Shown here piece after piece: positions 12,348 to 24,894 of a stretch of 64,000 nucleotides of DNA. This stretch comes from Negaprion brevirostris (Eukaryota), in assembly GCA_030324005.1 (NCBI GenBank), contig JARDVH010000124.1, positions 36,864,192-36,928,191 of the forward strand, written 5' to 3'. Position 1 is the stretch's first letter. Each line of letters starts with the position of its first letter. The notes beneath the pieces were generated by a model. It searched no databases and was not told the DNA's origin. It saw only the letters and a program-made list of their open reading frames with translations. Made by a program: the position numbers and the translations under genes.

Positions 12348-12482
12348 TAAGAGATCCGTGGATAGGTTTATGGATGGAAAGGGTTTGGTTTAGGTTAGAG
12401 GGTCTTTGTTTTTTAACTGGTCGGAGCAACATCATGGGCCGAAGGGCCTGTTCTGCGCTGTAATGTTCTATGTTCTATGTTC
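12348..12482 (+). mobile_element. CR1 LINE 3' terminus
   Basis: atgggccgaagggcctgttctgcgctgtaa followed by (tgttcta)n. Confidence 0.8.
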
Positions 12483-12676
12483 AATCTCCCTGGCACTAAA
12501 GGGCAATTTAGCATGGCCAATTAACCTAACCTGCATATCTTTGTGAAAGGAAAGAGGAGCATCTGGAGGAAACCCACACAGACACAGGAAGAATCTGCAA
12601 ACTCACCCAAGGCTGGAATTGAACCTAGGTCTCCTGTGCTATGACTCAGCAGTGCTAACCACTGTGCCACTATGCC
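12483..12676 (-). mobile_element. HE1-type V-SINE, 5' part
   Basis: gcagtgctaaccactgtgccac head and aatttagcatggccaat core on the plus strand. Confidence 0.85.
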
Positions 12677-12679
12677 TTG

Positions 12680-13315
12680 TTCGGTGTACTACTCAGTGGT
12701 AGTACTCACTGCTGAGTCAGAAGCTTACATAGTGACTTGAGCACACCCTACTGCAGTTCTGAGAGAGTCCTACATTGCCAGTGGTGCTAAATTTTGGATG
12801 CGATATTAAACTGAGATTCCGATTATCCTGTCAGGTGGATGTAAAAGATCATGGGGCACAATGATAAGAAGAACAAAGAAATTCTCTCAATGTCCTGGTC
12901 ACATATTTGTCCTTGAACCAAAATGATCAAGAACAGATTATCTTATTCTTTATCCCATTGTTGCTTGTGAGCCCTCACAGCGAATAGTGCTGTGTTTCCC
13001 CACATTATAAAAGTGACCACAATTCAAAAGTACTTTCAACACAAAAAGCCAAACACTGCAGATGTTGTAAATCAGAAATAAAAACAGAAAATGCTAAAAA
13101 CACTCAGCATGTCAGGCAGCATCTTTGGAGAGAAAAACAGAGTTAGAATTTCAGGTTGATGACCCTTCAGAGTAACTGGAAAANNNNNNNNNNNNNNNNN
13201 NNNNNCTGACCTGCTGAATATTTCCAGCATTTTCTCATTTTATTGAAAAGTGCTTTATTGGTTATGCACTGCATTTGGACAGCCCGAGGTCAAGAAAGGC
13301 ACAAAGTTCTTTCCC
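12680..13315 (+). mobile_element. Deu-domain SINE (SacSINE1/AmnSINE-like), split by an insertion at ~13038-13243
   Basis: caggtggatgtaaaagatc...aagaagaaca...tgtcctgg...aacagattatct...ttcaaaagtact resembles the Deu domain. The tail resumes at 13244. Confidence 0.7.
13038..13243. mobile_element. Palindromic Penelope-like element, second family
   Basis: aaaacagaaaatgct...ctcagca.gtcag pairs with ctgacctgctga...ccagcattttct. Paralogue at 40374-40605 and a fragment at ~15915-15977. Confidence 0.65.
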
Positions 13316-13469
13316 CTTTCTTGAGATTAGCTACCAAAAATGGTCTGACATCTTTTGGAAAACAGGTGGAAAGTGCCACAAACAATGCTAAAAATAATAG
13401 TCCAGTTATACTGTTAACGGTGAAACCTGAGTTGAACACCAGTTACCAATGGCATTTCCACCCGTGTAT

Positions 13470-13960
13470 TGCCTGTTATGTAAAACATCTTGGAGTACTT
13501 AGAAAAGCAAGGGTTGGAAAGGAAAATAAAAGGGGAGTGAGCCAAGTTAAGCAGATACGTTTTAAAGTGGCTTTGAAAGTGGCTGAACTAGCAAGGCACA
13601 GTCAATTTGGGAAAGTTTTGAACAGGAGGGCATCGAAAGAGCTGCGCCTGATGATATGTGGCCAATAATAATTCAATATGAAGAATGAGAGCGAGAATTT
13701 AAGGTTGGAAAAAATTGATGAGTCAAAATGGGAAGATTTTGACAACGAGGAAGAGGATGTACTAGAATGCCAGAGATTCACTGAGCCTTGATAGGCACAG
13801 TACTTGAGCAAGTTTGTAAGAGGAATTAGGGTTGCAGAGTTCGGGACTCAGGAGAATTTGTGAAGGATGGAAAGGAGGAGAAAAGCACTTGAGAAGTCAA
13901 CCGTGAAGGTAATGAAAGCATTGATTTGGGTTAGGTTAGTGGTGGGTGGTGAGTGACAAT
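13470..13960 (-). mobile_element. Old L2-like LINE fragment
   Basis: Purine-rich plus strand with motifs (gttttaaag, gaaggtaatgaaagcattgat) resembling antisense L2 3' regions. Confidence 0.4.
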
Positions 13961-14574
13961 GAGAGGAGTAAAAACATTTATAAAATGCAAACATGAAACT
14001 GATTAACAGACATTTAACTGCAATCTCCTGACAAAACATCAGGAAAAGAATGGCAGAACCCTTGGACAAATAATGTTAATGTTGGAAATCACTTAAGCCA
14101 TTTCCCTAGGGTTTTGGAGAACCCCCTGTCGAATTGCATCAGGAGATTATACTGGTGGAATTGATATGGATTGGGTTTAAGGAGTTGCCACCAATTTGAA
14201 GTTTCTACTGATAGCAGTTAATCTGTTTACTTTCCCTGATTGAACCCTTACCACATTGAGCTCAGGTGGTTTGTAATTATAGATATTGCTCAAAAACTAA
14301 CTAGTGATCATGAATAAGCAAGTGAATAATACATGAAGGATTACATTTTTCCATTGCAAAATGCAGCCATGTTTGGTACCCTGAATATACTAAAATGATT
14401 TGTTATCTGGGGTTAGTGTGGGGAATCTAAATGGGGAAGGAAACTAATGGTGATGTTGTTTGAGCACTATGCAGAATTCTTGTATAAGTCCACTGCTCAT
14501 ATTAAGCCACCATTTGAGGCAGTGATGCTGGGTCTTGGTAAACAAAGCCCTTAAAATTCTGGCTATTTGGAGAT

Positions 14575-15430
14575 GTGTTCACTCGTCCCTGCTATATTGA
14601 TGACTTGGATGAAGAGACAGAATTTGCTGATGATACAAAGCTAATTGGACAGATAAGCTGTGGGAAGGATAGAGACAGGCTGTAAAGAGATATAGACACG
14701 TTAAGTTAGTGGGCAACAAGTTGCACGTGGAGTATAACGCAGGAAAGTGTTGTTATCCACTTGTTTCATAAGAATAGAAAAGCAGAATATTTCTTGAAGT
14801 TGTGAAACTTGTAACTGTTGATGTTTAAAGAGACTTGGGATGTGCTTGTGCAAGGAACCCAGAAACTTTGCATGTAGGCACAATGAGAAATTAGGAAGAC
14901 AAATGGCATATTAGCCTTTATTACAGAGGGATTGGAAAAAGAATAAGACTTACTACAATAGTAGATGTGAGAACACAATGTTTCCAGAAGGGCCTCCATG
15001 TTTAAGGAAGGATGTACTTGCATTGACGTCAGTGCAATGAAGGTTCATTAAATTGGTCCTAATATTAAAGGGTCCTGTGATGCGAAGCTGAGTAAATTGA
15101 AGCCATATTCTCTGAAGAAGGAAAGGTAAACTCATTGAAGCACACAAGATTCTGAAGGGGATCGTTTCCGCTGATCAGTGAATCTAAAACATGGGTGCTT
15201 CATTCAAAGGGTTGTGAGTCTTGCAAATTTTTTTACCCCAAAGGGCTGATGACCCTCCATTGTTGCATAGATTTAAAGGTGGAATCGACAGATTTTTTGC
15301 TGTCAGGAAATCGAGGGATAATGAGAGCAGGCTGAGAAGTCGAGTTGAAACTTCAGATCAGCCATGACAGTGCTGAATGGTGGAGTAGGCTCAGTGGGCT
15401 AGATGGTCTACTCCTGCTCCCTTGTGTTCT
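14575..15430 (+). mobile_element. CR1 LINE 3' fragment (RT C-terminus and tail)
   Basis: YIDDLDEETEFADDTKL at ~14593 and tail agatcagccatga...gaatggtggagtaggctc...ctactcctgctcc. Confidence 0.85.
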
Positions 15431-18087
15431 CACACTCTTGCACTTGGTTCCCATCTAACAGAAATCTGTCCTTTTGTAAGCATACTAACCTAGCCGTATT
15501 CCAAAGTTGCATTGGCTCAGATAGGTAGATAATCTGGGCAATTTCATGGGACTGGGTAACTTTACCCTTATTGAGAAACGTTTATCAAATATTCCAAAAA
15601 TGTTACTTTATTAGAGATAATTGGTGTTTCAACAACTGCAAAAGAAATCAATTAAAATGCTAATAAAATATGAGCTTACAGAATGTAATTGATTTGCATT
15701 TAAGGAATGATACTTTGCAAACTGATTTGTATTCATAGATTACATGTCAGGATTGAAAAGTTGCAGTTTACACTGCAGGAGCACTGGAGACAGATGACAT
15801 TTAGAACATCTCTGTCAGCTTGAAGTTGTACATGTCTTCACCAACACTGTTCAAAGTTTCAATTTGCCACCAGAGAATAATGCTTGCAGTTTAATCAACT
15901 TGAATTTATGTTTGCAAAACCAAAATACTGGCGATGCTAGAAATCTGAAATAGGAACCAAAAATGCTGGAAATATTCTTGTGTGTATTTATGTATATTCT
16001 GATTTTGAAATCTTGGATTCAGTATTAAGCACTAACGAATGAGACAGGCCAAATGTACAAGCCGAAAATTGACATTGCTTTGATTCTAACTGGTTGAGTT
16101 TAAACATTGCTTGTGACTGAGTTCCATAGCCTAACTGTGAGGTTAGAAGTGCTTAGCATGATGAAAACAATACATTCTCTGGAAATGGAATTAGTGTACT
16201 CAGAATTAGGTTTTGCAGTTGGAAACTGGACAACCCTGAAACTGCAATGCTGTACAGGCAAAGTACCTCAAATCCGGCTATCTGAAAACTAGCAGTGTCC
16301 AAACTCCAGACATGTTTTCCTGCACTCCAGTGAATCTTGACCCCATACAATCCTGTGCAGATGTGGCAGAGATGATTGAACTCATCCAGGAAGAATAGAA
16401 CACTTGCAGAATCCCCTGTGTTAGAATATTTAGCTAAGTATTGTGCTTGAGACAAATGAAAATGCCTATTCTTGTGACAGTGCAGGGTACCTGGACTATA
16501 TTTTGATGCCGTTAAATCCACCCAAAAAAACAGCCACAGGCTTAAATTCAAACAGTGCACTTAGTTCCCAAAAGCCTTTAAGTTTCATGGTCACTGGTTG
16601 TTTTGTTGTAGCTGGTCCAGGTCAGTTCAAATAAAGTTATTAAAGAATACTATACAGCTGTGCATGAATAAAAGACAACTACAGGATATTTTAACACTAT
16701 TTCAGTTTGATTGATCTTTTCTCATTTTAAACAGGTTTTGTGCTGAGCAACAAACCCATTGTGATGCCCCTGGCCCTGCCCGCTGGCCTCAGTATTTGAA
16801 TACATGTTCAAATGCACTATATTAAATATAACTAGCCGGCTTGAAACCCAACTCAAATAGCTTCACCTGCCTCCCCATCAGGCAGGCTTTTGTACAGGTA
16901 CTCACAAGCATGTGGTTATCCAAACTGACTGCCCACACAGGCCCTCCCCCTGCCCCGCCCCCCTCGGACTCCCCTACTCAGTCTCTCTTCCACCTCAAAC
17001 CTAACCCCCCATCCCCTCACTCAGGTTCCCTTCCCCTTCAGACCTCTCATTCAGCCCCCTTCTCCCCCAGGTTCTCCGCTCAGCCCCCATTCACCTCAAA
17101 CCCCCCCCAATCAGGCAACATTAGCACTCCCCCACCACTCAGACCCCCTTCCCCCATCAGCCCCCCCTATTCACCAGCTCCTTCAGGCCACACACCCTGG
17201 CAGTGCCCACGGTACACTGTCCGCTGGCCTGAACTCCAAGAAGGCCCAAGAAAACAAATCCTTTTGTCATTTGCCCCTTGTCTGCTGCTAAGCAGCAAAC
17301 AATAGGTCTTTCAAGGATCCTGAGTGTTAGGTGGGCTTGGGCAGGGGCAAAGATTGACCTCATCACTCTCCTCCAGGATGGGGGTGTCGCGGATGGACTG
17401 CCCCTCTTTGCACTGGCAGACCTGAAAATGACCTCTGGCACGGTGATTTCAGGCAGCCCTGTGATCAATTTCTGCATTCCTGCCTGTCAGCTGTGAAAAT
17501 TCTGAACTGGTCGGGTCACTTTAACCTCCATTGGTCACCTAGCAGGATTTTTAATCATGGCAGCACTCCATCCTGCAGCAGAGCTTTCCCTTTCTCATTG
17601 TCTGGAGCTGCAGGTAAGAGCAGACCCCTTGAAGACCTCTGACACAGAGGAGATGTCAATTTCACATGGCAGGAGGGAGCCTGGGGCGTGTTTCACCCTG
17701 CACAGCTGGCACTCAGCCACAATGTACGCACACACTTTTGATATGAAGTTGCTGAGGCTTCCTAGCAAACTGAAATCTTTGAAACCTTCTCCATTGCAAT
17801 GGAACTCTTTGATCTCCAACAAATTCAATGTGCAGTGCCTTGAAAAAGATTTCACTGACAGCTCAGTGGCATTCTGCTCCAACCACTTGTGTTTATTTTC
17901 ATTTCTGTTCACACTTGAATGGATTTCAAGTATCCCATTGATCCTGACTGCAAAGTTGACATTATAACCAATCCTTATTTGCGTTTCAGATAAGGTATGC
18001 GAAACAGAATAAGCCTTCAGTCACAGTATTTGGTGAATTGCCGCACACTAAATGTGTGGGCAAAGTTGTAGTTCATCCAATTTTAAT

Positions 18088-18317
18088 GATGGCACAGTGG
18101 TTAGCACTACTGCACCAGGGATGTAAGTTCGATTCCCATCTTGGGTTACGGTCTGTGTGGAGTCTGCACGTTCTCCCCGTGTCTGTGCGGGTTTCCTCCG
18201 AGTGCTCCAGATTCCTCCCACAGTTCAAAAGGTGCACTGGTTAGATGCAGTGGCCATGCTAAATTCTCCCTCAGTGTACCCAAACAGGTGCCGGAGTGTG
18301 GCAACGGGGGGATGTTC
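18088..18317 (+). mobile_element. V-SINE with alternative (type B) tail
   Basis: HE1 head and core, then aaattctccctcagtgtacccaaacaggtgccggagtgtggcaac. Confidence 0.85.
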
Positions 18318-19529
18318 NNNNNNNNNNNNNNNNNNNNNNNNNNNNNNNNNNNNNNNNNNNNNNNNNNNNNNNNNNNNNNNNNNNNNNNNNNNNNNNNNNN
18401 NNNNNNNNNNNNNNNNNTTGGCGCCCTGGTTGTCCACTATGCATAAATCAGCACCCAACAGGTAGGAGAATCCCACTGGCATGGGCATTTAGATCCATTT
18501 GGGAGAATGGCAGCCATTAAGTGGAAAATAGCTGTGTGAAAGTTGGATAGAAATGTAGTCAAAAATGGTGGTTAGTGAACACTAATATGTGAAATCTTGT
18601 AACCTCCCCCCTTTGCCAGTATGGATGAAAAAACATTTTTTGCTTTGACCAAGACTGTCACACTTGTTAGTCAGAAAACCTCAGAACTTGCTATTCTGAA
18701 TTTCCTCAGTTGAGCTGAAATTGAGGAAGCCATTTTGCCGAAATAGCAAATCAGACGCTGGCATGGCCAGATTTAACCCTTTTGTGTACTGTACTGCATG
18801 TTTGAAACTGTGCCTAATAATTGACACCATTGAGAATGGATGATGGAGGATTATGGAATAGAAAATGGATAACAACAGTTGGAAAAATAAAGAAAGGAAA
18901 CTTTTAATTAAGTAACTGCAGAAAAAAAAATTGTTATGCTGAGATAACATTGTTATAAAAAAAGAAATGCAGTAGAGAAATGCAAGTTGAAAGAAGGGCA
19001 ATACTTCCAGCTATTGCACGAATGTTTTCTACAGAACAAAGTTAAAGAATTATGATTAATCTTGAAATTCAGCTCTGTAACACATAGATTTTCAGCACTC
19101 AATGTTGTTTTGGCTCCAGAATGGTATCTGGACTGCATGTGCATGCATCTGGAGGTATCACTGCCAGACATCAGTTTAACAAGGGCATTAGATGTGCTTG
19201 GAGAATCCATTGGAAGCATGCAGAGTCAGTAGATTGTGACATTAGTAAGAGTATCATACTGATTTGACACCAATGCTACCAACTTGGAGTTCAATCTTCC
19301 AACTGATGCTGTAGTTTAAACATTCAGCAGCAGGATAAATCCCGACCTGCACAATTTCAAACCATTATCATCTAATGTTGGTAGCTGATTGATTTGTACT
19401 GGCTGTTGCTGAGTTAATCAATGTATTTGGTGGTATCCGGTATTGCTTAAGAGTTACTGAAGTGGTGTGGCACAAGCTATAAACTTTTGTACTCTCATCG
19501 GAAAATCTGCATTTGTTCTCAAACATGGT

Positions 19530-19900
19530 TTTCTTATTCGTTCATGGCATACGGGCGTGGCTGGCTGGACAGCATTTATTGTCCATCCCTAGTTGCCCTT
19601 GGTGAGTTGATGTCGCACCCAGTTGAACGTCAACCACATCGCTGTGGCTCTGGAATCACACATAGGCCAAACCAGATAAGGATGGCAGATTCTCTTCCCT
19701 AAAGGACATTAGTGAACCAGCTGAGTTTTCCTGACAATCGGCAATGATTTCACGGTCATCAGTAGATTCTTAACACCAGATTGTTCCTATATTGAATTCA
19801 GATTTCACCATCTGTCATGGCAGGATTGGAATCTGGGCCCCAGAACGTTAGCTGAGTTTTTGGATTAATAGTTTGTCAATAACGTCAATAAGCCATCACC
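19530..19900 (-). mobile_element. tRNA-derived SINE, second family
   Basis: gcagattctcttccctaaaggacattagtgaaccag, paralogous to 11420-11785. Confidence 0.8.
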
Positions 19901-20014
19901 TCCACATAAAGGGTGTATTTTCCTTGACATACAGCATGAAAGGAGAATGAACACAGGTGATGCAGAATAAGACAAGCTGCTGGAAAAGCAGAGAGAGGGA
20001 GAAGCACTCTAAGC

Positions 20015-20281
20015 AGGAGGCCATATCTACCCAGCATGGTGAGGATGCAATTCTGAACCTTAGCAAAGAATATTTCACATACCCCTGCTTTATTAAGGCA
20101 TTCTTCCCCGAAATCAGTTACTCGCTGCAGACCTCCGAGTTGGGTAAGGATTGCTTTGCCAGTGACTGTGAAGATGACCAGGACTGTAAATTTTAAAGTA
20201 TTTGGCTCCTACCAGGGTGTAGTCGGCAATATTTTGCAACATCTCCAGTTTGCTGTCCACTGTTGCACAAGGAAGGTGACT
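20015..20281 (+). pseudogene. Decayed PIF/Harbinger transposase N-terminal fragment (HARBI1-like)
   Basis: Frameshift-corrected RRPY...LNLSKE...ALPVTVKMTRTVNFKVFGSYQGVVGNICNISQFAVHCCTRKVT resembles HARBI1 [43 protein letters not shown] (recalled). Confidence 0.7.
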
Positions 20282-20299
20282 GGGACCTTGTAAGATAAA

Positions 20300-20580
20300 A
20301 CTACAGTTTTGGCCTCCTTATCTAAAACAGAATATACTTGCCACAGAGGGCGCGCAGTGAAAGTTCACCAGATTGATTCCCGGGATGGCAGGATTGTCAT
20401 ATGAGGAGAGTTTGGGTTGACCAGGCCTGTGTTCACTGCCATTTAGAAGAATGAGAGGGGATCTAATTGAAACATTAAATGCCCATGCCCAATTCTGACA
20501 GAGCTTGTCAGACTGGATACAGGGGTGTTGTTTCCCCTGGCTGGGGGGGTTCTAGAACAAGGGGTCACAGTCTCAAGATA
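20300..20580 (+). mobile_element. CR1 LINE fragment
   Basis: ttcaccagattgattcccgggatggcaggattgtcatatgaggagag (FTRLIPGMAGLSYEE) and agaacaaggggtcacagtctcaagata (RTRGHSLKI). Confidence 0.85.
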
Positions 20581-23473
20581 TGTTACAATCATCCCCTGCA
20601 CCCACTGCATCTGCACCTCCTATTTAAGAGATGTATGCTGTCATTAAGCTGGTTAACTTGACCTCCATCACAACATTGTGCACCCTGCTCAGGTATACAG
20701 CCACTCAACAACATGGCATCATTTAAACGAGCAGGCTGCGTGCAGTTTGCACTGGGAGTAAGGGGCACAAGTTAATCACAGATCAATCGTTTTCAGGGGA
20801 TATCCAACTTGACAGCCAAGATATTTTAAATGTGATAGTTTAGAAGTACTATTCAACAGAAATGTGTTGGAATATTCCGATATTTGAATCTGCTTTTGAA
20901 AATTGGAATACCCTTTCTACTGGACTAAAATCCATCCATGCATCTTGAAGGTATTTAATTTTTGGTTGTCCTCTTGCAACTTTGGTTTCAACAATGCTTT
21001 GCACTTTGTAAATCAAGTCCTCCTTTCATGGTAGACTTGCATGTCTATTTCTTTGTTTTGACAATATCCCACAGTGATAATGAATGGAGTAGAAATATCC
21101 ATTGCTTGTAGTTTAACTTAAAAATCTCCAAATATTTGGCCACAGCAAACCTGTACATTCAATTTCTTTATTCTTAGCAAGTGGTGAGCTTTTATGCCTC
21201 CTTTCACAGCTATGATAAACCCCAGTTATTGCAAGCGTTCCAACCAAGGGAAAAGGACAACTTAAGAATCTAAAAGATCAGAGGCAGACTTTAAACTTAT
21301 GACTGCATGTCAGCATTTCATGTGCAGGTTGCAGGAGTATTGTTGCACATCTGCAATAAATATTAACCTCTCAATAGGAATTAAAAAGCAGAAGAATAAT
21401 GCTCGTGTACGTTGCAGTATGTTAGGACATTTATCACCCACGAGATTGAAGGTCATCTTTACTGGAGTGACATCATTTAAAGCAGTTTCTCATAAGCTAA
21501 ATAATTTTTCAGTTGTGCCAATGTGATGATTGGTACATTCCTTGCTGCTAAATTGTCAAAAAAAAGATACTTATTTTACATTTTATTGATCACAGAATGA
21601 TTAATAAAATACCACTGAGCACAAATATTGAACACAATTGCAAGGGACAATGTGCATTTTGATAAAATCTGTTGATTGGCAAATTCTGCTTCTGTTTGCC
21701 ATCCGACCCCTTTTCAGTGTCCGTGTCAATTGGAACTGAATTGTAATATCTGCAGCGCCTGCCTAACATGACATAATCTGCTAACTGACTGACTGGCCGA
21801 TTGAAATCAGGAACAACCTGACAGGAATATAGGAATATGCGAGCAAATTTGTGGACATTTAGGGTCAGAATCTTAGCAAAGCTATGTTTCACCCATCAGG
21901 TAAACGTAATGTAGTTGATTTTATCTGTGGATGCTTGACAGAAAATGTCTGATGGTGGATCATTTACCCGTTACATATTTTACCTGATTGCAATCAATGG
22001 AAATAAAAATTAAGCAGTTTCTACGTAGAGGCAGTCAGTCACAATGCCACTCCCATGCCCAGTTAGCAAGAGAAATTCTATCCTAATGTGTTGTTGTGCT
22101 TTCCAGCTGATGACACTTTGCTTTTCCTCTTCAGATGTGTGTTCATGAGGTCCATTTTTACAGAAAATTTGAAATGCTCATATTTTTGATAGATATTATT
22201 TTTGATACATATACAGTTACTTATGAAAGCACGAATTACGCTGAATTGAACAGGCCAAAAAAAGTACCCTTCTTACTTGAATAGTGCTGGGAAAAAGGAA
22301 AATATGAGGCCAACCTTTGTGGTCTCAGTGAAGAGTAAGCAATGAAGAACTGCTGTAATGATGATTAACCTTTTAATGTACCCAACATCCTGGTTGGAGT
22401 TGAAAGATCCTCAGCATAGGCTTGGCGATATAAAAACAGAAGCACTGTTTTGGGGAGACCACTTAATAGCAGATGAGAAGGCACTTGTGACCGTTTATGG
22501 TGCGTAGGATGTGTTCTGGTAGTCCTGGCGAGATCAATGGGTTGCAGTCATTCAAGAGCATTGCTCCTTCTGCAAGTTGACAGAAAAGCCACTCTCAAGA
22601 GTTGGTTCATGAAGTATATTTCTCACATTGTGCTTTCATTCAGCTATGTCTTCAGTTTCTTGAACTGTCATCTGACAACATTTTTCCGATAATCTGCTTT
22701 TCATTGCATTTCCAGCTAATGGGTGTAATCAAACGCCTTGTATTTTTCATTAAAAGCTTTTTTTTAATGTCTGTATGTTGGGTATAAAAAGCCTATTCTA
22801 AAATCTAGGCAATCACATGCTGGAAATATCAGTCATATGTCTAATGCTAAACTGGACTTNNNNNNNNNNTGAATAAGCCTCATATGGCCTAACCTTGTGC
22901 TTCCTGAACAAAGTAAAAGTATATTGGCACCCTTGTTTTCTCTCGTAATACATCATTGATTTTCACAGATTTAAATCAAGCTTAAAACATTTATCTATTC
23001 TATATGGCAAAGTTCTTTAATGAAGTTATAAATGAGTTTGGCATATGGTTGACACACACAATGATGGACTGTTTTATTCTGAATGAGATTCTCAAGAACC
23101 ATTTTTAGAATGTTCCCCCCCTACTAATAAATCTTTATACAAAGCAGAAAATAAGCTATAAATTGAATTAGAGAGAAGTGTTTCTAATGTAAATTAAGTT
23201 CAAACAAATGATCCGCTAAGGAAGAATCTAATGACAATAAAAATTAAAGGTAGTTGATAATGATATTATTTGAAATTCTACATTAAATTATGTGATTAGT
23301 TTTATGAATTGAGCTATTCATTTGTACTTCAGTTCAGAATGAAGGTAGCATTACACGAGAACTGTTGTAGTAGTTAATTTCTCGCTCTCTCATCCCACAC
23401 AAAAGTTGTCCAACCTCACTTTGACTTGGACAGAACATCTCCTGCTGCTTTCTAGTCTTTGTCAATTTTCTAC

Positions 23474-24894
23474 CGTTATGAACACAAAGGTGGTTTTAAG
23501 GGATACATATGTGCATTGTTAAACAATAGGAATAAGGTTTCTTTAAGTGGGTTTAACGTCATGTTTCTTTGAAAGGAGGGATAAAGTGTAGATGGACAAA
23601 GGCATTTGTATGTATGGAAGTAGGTTAAGTTCCAGCTGTGTTTCTACTGTGCTTGGAGAGGGCTACAGTATGAAGAATAAATAAACTAGCAGTGTTAATG
23701 GCAGGGGCCACCTTCCAGAGGAAAGGGATTCATTTGCTGTTTGTCTTAGCTAAATTTGTTGGCAATTAGAGACAAGGTCCTGGGGAGTGAGCATCTCTCA
23801 ACTCTGCCAAGAGAAGCTTGACAGGACAAGGGGGCTGCAGAGAGATAGCTTTCTAAGGAACCAGTTACAGTCCAGATAACCAGGGAATTCTGACAGAATG
23901 AATGTCTTAAGATGACTGAAGTTAAGAGAAAAATTCAAAGAAGAATAAACAAAGTGCTCTGAGTTGAAAAAGTGAATTTCAGTAACCAGATTTTTCGGTG
24001 GAAGAGCAGATTTCAAAGGTAAATCAAAAGTTTCATGTCATCTTAACAGAATCTAAGAATTTGTAGTTCAAACAATTGTGATCAGTTTGTACAACAGTGA
24101 AGACAAAGAAGCCCTAAAAGAGAAGTGGTAAAACCTGGATACTGGATTCATGGTTAAAAATGGAGCAGACGCTTGGTGGAGATGTGGATTTTCTAGCTTC
24201 CCCATGGCATGTTTTGTCGCAGCAGGATGCAGCGCACCATTTGCTGGTGGCTGGATCTTTTGGTCCCGCTCCAAATGGATTTCCTATTGACTTCACTCAA
24301 GGCCATCAGCAAGCTCAAGTCAGGGGCATGCCATAAGAAAACAAAAGACCCTGCCATGGTAAGCAGCTGGAAGATTCCGGCCTTTATTTAAACGAGTCAT
24401 TTGGAAAATCTGGACTCGATTTTGGAATGCAAACCCTTAATGGAAAGCATTATTGTGCAAGAAGATTTTAAAGTTTTTTTTTCTGTGAGTAGAGTGTGGA
24501 AACTCAGTCATCTGGGTGGGGAGGGGGTTCATCTGAGGGGAAATCCTCAGACACTAATGTGGCTTCAGGCTGGGGTGTGATTTGGGCCACATCCAATCTG
24601 TGTGCTTAAAGGGATTTTGTGTTGATGATATCTTTGTAGCTTAAGATGTACTTTGTAATCCACACTGATCTTAATATCTGTGCATAATTGTTGAACTAAG
24701 GGGAGATTAAAGGAGTATTATATATTAATGCAGTTTTTTAATGTTGAATGTTTTTCCATTGTTAAACTAATCAGTAATCCTGTGGTTCTGTTCCTTCACA
24801 TTTTATAAACAAAAAGTAAAAGTTATAATCTTTTAAGTTAGAGTTCCATTCTGGGATCTTCCCATCCAGTTATAAAATCAACTGGATCGTTACA
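23474..24894 (+). mobile_element. Putative solo LTR with a MITE inserted at ~24184-24381
   Basis: Ends (c)GTTATGA...TCGTTACA form a degenerate TG..CA inverted terminus. Flanks ctac / ccac resemble a 4-bp target-site duplication. Confidence 0.45.

Noticed and set aside
16841-17305. 154-aa proline-rich ORF
   Set aside because: A by-product of the C-rich low-complexity tract, with no splice or homology support.
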